Positions 20,843 through 29,199 of a stretch of 64,000 nt of DNA are shown one piece after another. The notes beneath the pieces were generated by a model, which saw only the letters and a program-made list of their open reading frames with translations, was not told the origin of the DNA and did not search any database. The DNA is from a virus: IMG/VR virus record IMGVR_UViG_3300037606_000137, positions 1-64,000 of that record; one strand, given 5' to 3'. The position numbers and the translations under genes were made by a program. How positions within the stretch are numbered: position 1 is the first letter of the stretch; each line of letters begins with the position of its first letter.

Positions 20843-22558
20843 ATGAATTTAGATATATTTAGAGAAAAAGATTTAAGTGGTGCATTACGAAAAGAAGCAC
20901 ATGTTTCAAATAAATATCCAGAACAATACACATACATACTTGATTGGTGTTTGTTAAATAATTTATCAGATTTATCTTTTAAATTAAAGGTTTATCATGT
21001 GATAAATGATTTAAAATTTATACCTAAATGTACATGTACAAAAGAAGTAAATTTTAAAAATAGTGATTATGGTTATAATGAATATTGTAGTAAAAATTGT
21101 GTAAATGAATCTAATAGTGTTGTATTAAAAAGAAAAGAAACAAATTTAAAATTATATGGTACTGAAATACCACAAAATTTAGAACTGTTTAAAAAAAAAT
21201 CTAAACAAACAAATCAATTAAAATATGGTGTGGATTATCCATGGCAGAATCAAGAAATTAAAAAAAAATATATTAATACTATGATTGAAAGATATGGTGT
21301 TGATAATCCTAACAAAAGTAAAGAAATATTAATTAGAAGAATTGAATCATTTAAAAATAATATAGATAAATATAAAGAAACATATAAGAAAACAAATCAA
21401 TTAAAATATGGCGTAGATCATCCATGGCAAAATAAAGACATTCATAAAAAATGTATAAATAAAATATTAAACACAAAGTATGTAAACATAACGAACAAAA
21501 TCGGGACTGAATGTATTAAACAAGGTCATTTATTATTGAATATAGACTGGAATATAAAAGAAATTAGTTGTTTATGTAATAAACAACATACATATGAAAT
21601 AACTAATTATTTATTTCATAAACGCATCCTAGATAATATAAATACATGTACAATATGTAATAAAATTAATACATATTCTGGAGAAGAATTAAATTTAAGA
21701 AATTTTATTATAGACAATTATAATGGTACAATTATTTATAATAATAGAAAAATATTGAATGGAAAAGAATTAGATATTTATTTACCAGATTTGAATTTGG
21801 CTTTTGAATTCAATGGTTTATATTGGCACAGTGAAGCTAATAAATATAAAAACTATCATTTAGAAAAAACAAATAATTGTGCAGATAAAAATATAAAATT
21901 AATTCATATATGGGAAGATGATTGGTTATTAAAACAAGATATAGTTAAATCGATTATAAAAAATGCATTGAATAAAACAGATAATATAATATTTGGTAGA
22001 AAATGTGAAATACGTATAGTAGATAATAAAATAGCAAAACTATTTTTAATAAAAAATCATTTACAAGGTAATATTAACGCTAAATATAATATTGGATTAT
22101 ATTATTTAGATGAATTAGTATCATTAATGACATTTGGTAATTTACGTAAAAATTTAGGACAAAATACTATTAATATTAATGATTATGAAATGTATAGATT
22201 TTGTAATAAGTTAAATACAACAGTAATCGGTGGAGCAAGTAAATTATTTAAATATTTTAATAATAATTATACAATTAATACTATAATATCATATGCTGAT
22301 TATAGTAGATACACTGGAAATATTTATAAACAATTAGGTTTTGTATATGATAAATTAACCATACCTAATTATTATTGGATTATTGATAATAAACGATCTA
22401 ATCGATATAATTGGAGAAAAGACAAATTAGTTAAATTAGGATATGATAAAAATTTAACAGAAGTACAAATTATGCACAATTTAAAAAGTTTAAGAATATA
22501 TGATTGTGGTAATTTGAAATATATATTTAAAAATTCAAACGTTATGGGTAACAAGTAG
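20843..22558 (+). CDS. Hef-like / Vsr-type homing endonuclease with YGVD repeats
   Basis: KYGVD.P repeats; ELDIYLP...AFEFNGLYWH...IHIWEDDW; C-terminal RFC...GGASKL...SYAD...IYDCG region. Confidence 0.75.
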   Translation: MNLDIFREKDLSGALRKEAHVSNKYPEQYTYILDWCLLNNLSDLSFKLKVYHVINDLKFIPKCTCTKEVNFKNSDYGYNEYCSKNCVNESNSVVLKRKETNLKLYGTEIPQNLELFKKKSKQTNQLKYGVDYPWQNQEIKKKYINTMIERYGVDNPNKSKEILIRRIESFKNNIDKYKETYKKTNQLKYGVDHPWQNKDIHKKCINKILNTKYVNITNKIGTECIKQGHLLLNIDWNIKEISCLCNKQHTYEITNYLFHKRILDNINTCTICNKINTYSGEELNLRNFIIDNYNGTIIYNNRKILNGKELDIYLPDLNLAFEFNGLYWHSEANKYKNYHLEKTNNCADKNIKLIHIWEDDWLLKQDIVKSIIKNALNKTDNIIFGRKCEIRIVDNKIAKLFLIKNHLQGNINAKYNIGLYYLDELVSLMTFGNLRKNLGQNTININDYEMYRFCNKLNTTVIGGASKLFKYFNNNYTINTIISYADYSRYTGNIYKQLGFVYDKLTIPNYYWIIDNKRSNRYNWRKDKLVKLGYDKNLTEVQIMHNLKSLRIYDCGNLKYIFKNSNVMGNK

Positions 22559-22586
22559 AATTGGTAACTCATCAGGATTTACAGCC
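22538..22586 (+). repeat. degenerate copy of the tail sheath 3' end (20696-20743)
   Basis: ggtaactcatcaggatttacagc vs ggtaattcatcaggatttacagc, both encoding GNSSGFTA. Confidence 0.85.
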
Positions 22587-22598
22587 TTTTTATTTCTT

Positions 22599-22784
22599 TT
22601 ATTTTTCTAATAAAAAAATATTTTCAAAATTATCTTTTATATTTGTTTTAAACATTTCTTCATATTTACTTAAAACAAACTTAATACGATTAAAATCTTT
22701 ATTTACGTCTTGTCTAAATACAGTACCATCTAAATATTTAAATAATTTAGAATAATTTTCTTTTGATATTAAATATGTTTTCAT
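22599..22784 (-). CDS. hypothetical protein
   Basis: 61-aa ORF in operon. Confidence 0.5.
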   Translation of the reverse strand: MKTYLISKENYSKLFKYLDGTVFRQDVNKDFNRIKFVLSKYEEMFKTNIKDNFENIFLLEK

Positions 22785-22785
22785 A

Positions 22786-23010
22786 TTATATTATATTATA
22801 TTTATCTAATTGTCTATAAATTTTACGTGTAGAAAAATTTAAAATATTACCCATTTCTTCTCTATTTTTACAAAATTCATTAACAAATAAAACTTTAGTA
22901 TGTTCATTTCTAATTAAATTAACTATTAAATTAGTCATTTCAGTTTTAGATAATTTTTCTATATGTTTTTTTATTTGTATTTCTAAATATTTTTGTTTTA
23001 TTTCACTCAT
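22786..23010 (-). CDS. small Fis-like HTH protein
   Basis: C-terminal NREEMGNILNFSTRKIYRQLDKYNI. Confidence 0.55.
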   Translation of the reverse strand: MSEIKQKYLEIQIKKHIEKLSKTEMTNLIVNLIRNEHTKVLFVNEFCKNREEMGNILNFSTRKIYRQLDKYNII

Positions 23011-23013
23011 ATT

Positions 23014-23979
23014 TTAAAATCTTTTAGGTTTATTTGGGATTTTATATTTTGTTTCATATTTGATATTACTATCAGTTAATGCGTTTAAACCAATTACAAT
23101 ATCAGAAACGTGTAGATTAATTACACTATGATAATCATCAGCACGGTAACCACCAAACAAAGTAAAACTTACTGGTAATGATTTACCCATAATTAAATCC
23201 ATATGTTTTACCCAAGACCAAAAGATTTTAGAACACATTAACCAATATTTAGTATTAACTTGTCCCCCCAAATCATCATTAATATGACTATCAGCACCGT
23301 GACACCATACGACATAATCAATTTTACCCTTAAGAATTGAATTTTTTAATGTTGTATATAAATAATGTGTTAATTGTGATGTGTATTCTTTATTTACATC
23401 AGTTGGATTAAAATTAAAGCCGTTTGGTACAGCTTTATTTAAATCTGGAACAAAACCTCTACAATCTTCAATAGAGTTCCCGTAATGACCATCTAAATCC
23501 AAATAACAACCAACTTTACCAAGTTCTCTATATATTTTTACTGATGCTACAACTTGACCAGCAAACGTACAAAAACCAGAACCAGCATATGGGCGTGCAT
23601 GATGAAAGCCAGATACAGGTGCAAATACAATATCATCTGGTTTATTAATCGAATGTTTAATTGAGTGATATAATGAAGATGTTGTATATGTTAAAGATGT
23701 AACTAATTCTTCACTCCATGGAATAGATGATGCTAATTTATGTCCAGGTCTATTTAAATGAAATACTTCATTCACCCAACGTTTAGTATGTGCAATTTGA
23801 AAATCAGCCTTTGTAAAAGCTTTAAATTTAGGTTGTATACGTACATAAGCATTTGCTGCTTTCATGAGCTCAGATACGACCAATTTAGGTTTAAGTGGCG
23901 ATTTAGAATATGACAATGCTATGTTTTCTTGAAGAACTTGTTTTGTCGTATAATAAGTTATAATTTTTTTATTTCTCAT
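23014..23979 (-). CDS. Zn-dependent deacetylase, HDAC (Rpd3/Hda1/AcuC) family
   Basis: GFHHA, GSGFC, LDLDGHYGN, GADSH..D.LG, GGY motifs. Confidence 0.9.
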   Translation of the reverse strand: MRNKKIITYYTTKQVLQENIALSYSKSPLKPKLVVSELMKAANAYVRIQPKFKAFTKADFQIAHTKRWVNEVFHLNRPGHKLASSIPWSEELVTSLTYTTSSLYHSIKHSINKPDDIVFAPVSGFHHARPYAGSGFCTFAGQVVASVKIYRELGKVGCYLDLDGHYGNSIEDCRGFVPDLNKAVPNGFNFNPTDVNKEYTSQLTHYLYTTLKNSILKGKIDYVVWCHGADSHINDDLGGQVNTKYWLMCSKIFWSWVKHMDLIMGKSLPVSFTLFGGYRADDYHSVINLHVSDIVIGLNALTDSNIKYETKYKIPNKPKRF

Positions 23980-24035
23980 GATGTATTAATTTTGTTCAAC
24001 AAAGATAACATTATTATTGATATAAAAAAAATTAT

Positions 24036-24350
24036 TTATAATAAAGTTTCATAAAAAATATTACTTCTTTCTGAAACAACAGTTTTAGTGTGCTTTATAA
24101 AATGAATATTTGTGTATTCTGAATACCTAGGTGGAAAAACTGTTTTCTTTAAAGCTGCAATAATTGCTTTAGGTGATTTTAATTCTTTTCCTAATTGAAA
24201 AGAATGATTATATTGTGTTGTTACATGTAATGTATATGTTATTTCACAATCTTCACATATATATAATTCATCATTATATGGTTGTATATATTCATCATCA
24301 GCATCACAATTTGGACTATCCAATTTTGTTTCTATTCCATTTATTTTCAT
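24036..24350 (-). CDS. hypothetical protein, possible Zn finger
   Basis: PNC...CEDC. Confidence 0.5.
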   Translation of the reverse strand: MKINGIETKLDSPNCDADDEYIQPYNDELYICEDCEITYTLHVTTQYNHSFQLGKELKSPKAIIAALKKTVFPPRYSEYTNIHFIKHTKTVVSERSNIFYETLL

Positions 24351-24361
24351 ATGTATTTAAT

Positions 24362-25015
24362 ATTATTAAAATAAATTTAAATCTAATGATTTATTTTTTA
24401 AAATTTTTTCATATTTTTCGATACTATTTTGATATTATCAATATATATATTTAATTTTGTTACTATTGATAGTGTGCTCATAAAAAAATCAAAATCGACA
24501 TCTTTTAATTTAACATAATCATTATTTCTACTTGTTAATGAATTATCTGCTAACCAATAAAATGTAATATAATCTGTTGAATATGTTGGTTTTTCAAATA
24601 ATAATCCAGTAATATTTATTGTTTGATTATTTAAAATTGTTTGATTTATTGTTTTAATAAATCTGAGAATTTTTGGTATTGATTTTTTTGTTTTTTGATA
24701 TTCAATTATATCGTTATTTGATAATAATTGATTATTAATTAATAATGTTTCTAAACAATCAAAACCAACATAAAATGTATCATTATTGCTATTTTTAACT
24801 GTTGCTATATTTGCAATCAATTTACCACAATTACTACAACAAGTTCCAATTCCATCAATCAATGGAATATATTGTTTATCTATAATATTATATTGAATAT
24901 CTAATGGTAAATTTCTTTTAATTATATTTTTCATAAAACAAAGATAACAAAATTATTAAAATAAACTTAAATCTAATGATTTATTTTTTAAAATTTTTTC
25001 ATATTTTTCGATACT
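24362..25015. repeat. 64-bp direct repeat (24362-24425 and 24952-25015) bracketing one gene
   Basis: attattaaaataaa(t/c)ttaaatctaatgatttattttttaaaattttttcatatttttcgatact, one mismatch. Confidence 0.9.
24398..24934 (-). CDS. hypothetical Zn-finger protein
   Basis: CSNCGK...VGFDC. Confidence 0.6.
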   Translation of the reverse strand: MKNIIKRNLPLDIQYNIIDKQYIPLIDGIGTCCSNCGKLIANIATVKNSNNDTFYVGFDCLETLLINNQLLSNNDIIEYQKTKKSIPKILRFIKTINQTILNNQTINITGLLFEKPTYSTDYITFYWLADNSLTSRNNDYVKLKDVDFDFFMSTLSIVTKLNIYIDNIKIVSKNMKKF

Positions 25016-25144
25016 CTCATTATAATATACATGATCCCAACCATTCATTCTTTTTAATTGTCGTTTATCCATATATTCTTCTTTTATAGAATATAATTTC
25101 ATTTGAATATCATCTAATTGTTCAGTTGTTAATATTAATATCAT
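24956..25144 (-). CDS. hypothetical protein
   Basis: 62-aa ORF. Confidence 0.5.
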   Translation of the reverse strand: MILILTTEQLDDIQMKLYSIKEEYMDKRQLKRMNGWDHVYYNESIEKYEKILKNKSLDLSLF

Positions 25145-25160
25145 ATTTTATTTGTTATCA

Positions 25161-25352
25161 TCATATCATAAAAAATATTACTATTATTATCATACATATC
25201 AAAAACACTATCATACCACCAATAGATAAAAACAATAAAATATTTTCTACTATTTTATTATTTTTTGCTTCTATTGAATTAGCAAAACATAAACCACTAA
25301 CAATAAATGTAAATCCACTTATTAATAATATTGCAGATATTATTTCTATCAT
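25161..25352 (-). CDS. small membrane protein
   Basis: Two hydrophobic helices. Confidence 0.55.
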   Translation of the reverse strand: MIEIISAILLISGFTFIVSGLCFANSIEAKNNKIVENILLFLSIGGMIVFLICMIIIVIFFMI

Positions 25353-25702
25353 TTTTTTATATATTTATTTTCTTTTAAATATGTATACAATGATTTAAAA
25401 TCATAACAGATATAAATTTTTTCTCCTGATGAATCATCAAATGCATTATATCCCTCTGGTAAATTAACATCTGATGATTTTTTATTACCATAATCATTTT
25501 CAAACATAAACCACCAAATCCAATCACTACCTAATTCATTAAAATATAGTTTAAATGATTTATTAACAAAATCTTCAAACATTTCAATTAATGGATATGT
25601 TTTATTTTCATAAAAATCAAATCCAACATCACTTAGTTTTGAAAATGTATCATTCATTTTCTTATATGATAAAATTAATTCTTCAAATTCTTTAAATTTC
25701 AT
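25349..25702 (-). CDS. hypothetical protein
   Basis: DWIWWFMFENDYG motif typical of small phage proteins. Confidence 0.6.
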   Translation of the reverse strand: MKFKEFEELILSYKKMNDTFSKLSDVGFDFYENKTYPLIEMFEDFVNKSFKLYFNELGSDWIWWFMFENDYGNKKSSDVNLPEGYNAFDDSSGEKIYICYDFKSLYTYLKENKYIKK

Positions 25703-25992
25703 AATTTTGTTTTTAAATAATTTTGTATGTATGTTTCTTGATAATCAATTAAACCATGATAATCTTTAACTGTTGTATTTATTTCTTTAGTAACTAATAA
25801 TAATTCATATTTATCATAAATAAATTCAACAACAATAGAAATTTGTAACGATAAAGGTAAATTGTGAAATACATCATTTATATTAGCAGTATAATGTAAT
25901 TTATTATAAATGATATGTTTACCAATATCAGATTTAATTAACCAATTATAAAATTTTAATTCATTTAATATATTTTGTAAATCTAAATTCAT
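25699..25992 (-). CDS. hypothetical protein
   Basis: 97-aa ORF overlapping the next start. Confidence 0.55.
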   Translation of the reverse strand: MNLDLQNILNELKFYNWLIKSDIGKHIIYNKLHYTANINDVFHNLPLSLQISIVVEFIYDKYELLLVTKEINTTVKDYHGLIDYQETYIQNYLKTKL

Positions 25993-26029
25993 ATAACAAT
26001 TATATTAGTAATATTTAATATATAGAAAT

Positions 26030-27298
26030 ATGATAACAACTATTAATGAATTTAAAGTTTATTTTATAAATGAAGCAAGTTTTGACCAACTTCAAAATCA
26101 ATTCGTTAATACAAACAAAATCACTGATAAAATTTTTGATGAAATTAAATTAAATATAAATAAATCAGCATATGCTACATGGTTAATAACTAAAATATTA
26201 AATAAAATTATTTTATCAGAAGATATTTATAAATATAAAGATTATTTTTTATTATTTGATAGATATAAAAGAGAATATAAGTACCAAGACATTAATAAGT
26301 ATAAAACGAAACAAGATTTAAAAGAATTTATAGAAAAATCTGTTGAAATAAAAAACAGAGAATCTGAAGATGTATCTAGTATTAAAGGTATTTCAAAGAA
26401 TGAAAAATACAAACAATTTGAAATAGGTGTTGTTGATGGTTTTACTGTTTATGAATTACCAAAAGATAATTTAAATAATTATAATGTGAGTTGCGAATTA
26501 GGTTCAGGTACTGAATGGTGTACATCAACAGGTAATACAAATACATATTATGATAATTATATTAAGAAAGATTCACTTTTTATTTTTATTAAAGGTAATG
26601 AAAAATATCAATTTCATTACGAATCTGAATCATTCATGGATAAAAATGATAATAGTATGATTAAAAATGATAAATTAAATGTCAATTTATTATTTAATTT
26701 ATTTGAATTTATAAACAATAAATATCCAAAATATATAATACCATTCAAAATTAAAGCTAAAGCTAATAAATTAATCAATGATGATTATATAAATGCAACA
26801 GAAAAAGAATGGGATGAAATTTCACGGTACCAAAAAATATCTGAAGAATTTATTAAAAAACATAAAGATAAATTGAATTGGTATAATATATCAATGTATC
26901 AAAAATTATCTGAATCTTTTATAACAGAATTTAAAGATTTAGTTCATTGGACTAATATATCGATCTATCAAAATTTATCAGAATCGTTTATTAGAAAATA
27001 TAAAGATTTAGTTTCTTGGACTCATATATCACAATATCAAAAATTATCAGAAGAATTCATTAGTGAACATAAAAAAATAATTAATTGGTATAATATATTA
27101 GAGTATCAAAATTTATCTGAATCATTTATTATTAAACATAAAGATAAAGCTGTTTGGTATCTTATTTCAGCATATCAAAATATATCTTATGAATTCATTA
27201 ATAAATTTAAAAATAAATTAACTGTTAAGTATTTATTAGATAATAAACATTTATCAGATGAATTAAAAGAAAAAATTAAAAAAATATATAATTTATGA
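26030..27298 (+). CDS. Trp-repeat protein with MITT tag and SCELGSGTEWCT domain
   Basis: About six 22-aa W..IS.YQ.LSE.FI repeats; paralog of 29200-30327. Confidence 0.8.
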   Translation: MITTINEFKVYFINEASFDQLQNQFVNTNKITDKIFDEIKLNINKSAYATWLITKILNKIILSEDIYKYKDYFLLFDRYKREYKYQDINKYKTKQDLKEFIEKSVEIKNRESEDVSSIKGISKNEKYKQFEIGVVDGFTVYELPKDNLNNYNVSCELGSGTEWCTSTGNTNTYYDNYIKKDSLFIFIKGNEKYQFHYESESFMDKNDNSMIKNDKLNVNLLFNLFEFINNKYPKYIIPFKIKAKANKLINDDYINATEKEWDEISRYQKISEEFIKKHKDKLNWYNISMYQKLSESFITEFKDLVHWTNISIYQNLSESFIRKYKDLVSWTHISQYQKLSEEFISEHKKIINWYNILEYQNLSESFIIKHKDKAVWYLISAYQNISYEFINKFKNKLTVKYLLDNKHLSDELKEKIKKIYNL

Positions 27299-27744
27299 TA
27301 ACAACTATAAATGAATTTAAAAATTCAATAAATGAAGATTATAAAAATTTTGATATAGAAATTAAATTTCTAGATGAAATTGATGATAATATTATTGAAA
27401 CATTATTATCTAGTTTTGGAGATTATAATCAAACAGAAAAAACATTATATATTTGGGAAACAACAGATCCTGACATGGATAATGTTTATATTATTTTAGA
27501 TGATAATTTTACAGAAGACCAATATATATTAACTACTAATGAAGAATCTGATATAACTAATGAAGGAAGAGGTTTTACATTAAAAGAAATTAAGTTTAAA
27601 GCAATTGATACACTTAAAAACTTTGGTATAAAAGTACCAACAGTAGAAGAAGTAGATGGTATGGTTACAATATTTAAAACCTATATTAATAAACATAATT
27701 TAGGTGTTATTATGGAATCCACAAAAAATGATGAATTGGTTTAA
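27295..27744 (+). CDS. MITT-tag protein
   Basis: MITTINEFKNSINE. Confidence 0.65.
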   Translation: MITTINEFKNSINEDYKNFDIEIKFLDEIDDNIIETLLSSFGDYNQTEKTLYIWETTDPDMDNVYIILDDNFTEDQYILTTNEESDITNEGRGFTLKEIKFKAIDTLKNFGIKVPTVEEVDGMVTIFKTYINKHNLGVIMESTKNDELV

Positions 27745-27983
27745 TAAATAACCAACTCATCATTTTTTATAGCTTTACGAATGTATCTCATAAGCGTTAT
27801 TGCTTTAATACAAGCAGGAAATGTAGTTGTACCAACATCTTCTTTATCATTCATATTCACAGGAAATGAATACTTTGCTGTTTCTGTTTTTACTTCATAA
27901 TAAATTACTCCAGCAATTACATGACTAATAGTAGCAAAATTGTTATTCATAACAATATGCTTGATTGTGTTTGTGTTTTCCAT
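27741..27983 (-). CDS. hypothetical phage protein
   Basis: FPV...DVG..TF....KAITLMRYIRKA. Confidence 0.65.
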   Translation of the reverse strand: MENTNTIKHIVMNNNFATISHVIAGVIYYEVKTETAKYSFPVNMNDKEDVGTTTFPACIKAITLMRYIRKAIKNDELVIY

Positions 27984-28090
27984 AACTAATTAAATTGTAT
28001 TTTTTTTTTTATATAATTAGTTGTTAATGTACAGTACTCGAACCTGTTGTGCTACCGATTAGCCATTACATATAAATACAATATTGTTTG

Positions 28091-28163
28091 TGATCCCGGT
28101 GTGGCTCGAACACACGACTCTTCCGTTAAAAGCGGAATACTCTACCAACTGAGTTACGAAATC
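28091..28163 (-). tRNA. tRNA-Lys(UUU)
   Basis: Acceptor GATTTCG/CGGGATC, anticodon arm TTCCG-CTTTTAA-CGGAA, TTCGAGC T-loop. Confidence 0.92.
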
Positions 28164-28176
28164 ATTTAAAATTTTG

Positions 28177-28248
28177 TCACCCCGGTTGGTACTAATCCAA
28201 CGTCCTACTGATTAAAAGTCAGTGACTCCATCATTGAGCTACAAGGTG
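28177..28248 (-). tRNA. tRNA-Lys(UUU) with atypical T-loop
   Basis: CACCTTG/CGGGGTG, ACTGA-CTTTTAA-TCAGT, T-arm GTTGG-ATTAGTA-CCAAC. Confidence 0.75.
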
Positions 28249-28508
28249 TTATTATTTTATTCAACACCTTGAAAATTCATCAATGATGTTGTTATTACTG
28301 TTTATATTGTTTTATTGTTTTCATTTTATATTGTTTTATTTTTTACCCTCACAGTTGGATTCGAACCATTTTTTTCTATCTAACCAATTAGAAAGTATAC
28401 ACTAATTGGTTTGCCGCTCGGATATTCATTACTTTTAACAAAATGTTAAAAGTGTCACTATTTTAATTTTCTTCCTTTCTTCCAACCTTGATCTAGAAAA
28501 TGTCTGCG

Positions 28509-28594
28509 GGTGTTAGACGGGAATTGAACCCGCATGTTCTTACGAACACCTATTTCACAGATAGGCTGGACAAACGAATATTCCACTCTAACAC
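28509..28594 (-). tRNA. tRNA-His(GUG) with long variable arm and no encoded G-1
   Basis: GTGTTAG/CTAACAC with C73; CCTAT-CTGTGAA-ATAGG; variable hairpin TGTTC-GTAA-GAACA. Confidence 0.85.
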
Positions 28595-28596
28595 AG

Positions 28597-28669
28597 CGGA
28601 CCCAGACAGATTCGAACTGTCGACACTCCGGTCTTCAACCGGATGCTCTACCAACTGAGCTATGGGTCC
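28597..28669 (-). tRNA. tRNA-Phe(GAA)
   Basis: GGACCCA/TGGGTCC, TCCGG-TTGAAGA-CCGGA, canonical D and T arms. Confidence 0.93.
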
Positions 28670-28732
28670 ATATGTTCGAAGTATACTTATTTATACTTTC
28701 GTGCTTTACGGCACATTTACGAACTAGTTTTG

Positions 28733-28817
28733 CTATTACGGTAGGATTCGAACCTACGATGTGATTTCTCAACCAGATTAACAGTCTGGAGCGTTCGGCC
28801 TCTACGCAAACGTAATA
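28733..28817 (-). tRNA. tRNA-Asn(GUU) with long variable arm
   Basis: TATTACG/CGTAATA with G73; CCAGA-CTGTTAA-TCTGG; variable TGA-GAAA-TCA. Confidence 0.87.
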
Positions 28818-28848
28818 ATGTAAAGTTATTTTTAAATAACCTCTTTAG

Positions 28849-28921
28849 TACCCCCCATCAGATTCGAACTGACATCGTACGATTTTTGGAAATCGACATA
28901 ATACCTTTATACCAAAGGGGT
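28849..28921 (-). tRNA. tRNA-Trp(CCA)-like, apparent 8-nt anticodon loop
   Basis: ACCCCTT/GGGGGGT, CGAT-TTCCAAAA-ATCG, GTCAG-TTCGAAT-CTGAT. Confidence 0.65.
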
Positions 28922-28931
28922 GTGTATGTAT

Positions 28932-28967
28932 AAAAAAAAACCCTAAACTTTTCAGCTCAGGGTTTTT
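28932..28967 (-). terminator. attenuator terminator directly upstream of the tRNA operon
   Basis: Minus strand CCCTGAGCT-GAAA-AGTTTAGGG followed by T9. Confidence 0.9.
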
Positions 28968-29002
28968 ATAATATTTATATTAAATTTAAATCTTTAACAA
29001 AA

Positions 29003-29080
29003 TTATATAATTTCTTCTGAGCCACTGGTGATATTCCAGAACTTAAAATTAAAATTATTATGTTTGTTAAAATTTTTCAT
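29003..29080 (-). promoter_or_regulatory. leader peptide uORF MKNFNKHNNFNFKFWNITSGSEEII of a tRNA-operon attenuator
   Basis: Codons 2-16 are only K/N/F/H/W; contains GGCTCAG (29023-29017) complementary to CTGAGCT (28960-28954) in the terminator. Confidence 0.85.
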
Positions 29081-29199
29081 TATTTCTTGTTGTATTAATT
29101 ATACACATAAAGTGTATTTTTGTTTAATTATATATTAAAGTTTTATTCTCTCTTTTTAATCTTTTACAAATATATATATAATAATTTAAATATAGAAAT

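Noticed and set aside
28534-28764. 76-aa ORF
   Set aside because: Antisense to the His, Phe and Asn tRNA genes
28849-28921. Reading this tRNA as Gly(UCC)
   Set aside because: The D-arm is Gly-like, but centring TCC in a 7-nt loop breaks the anticodon stem; CCA fits better and matches the leader's Trp codon
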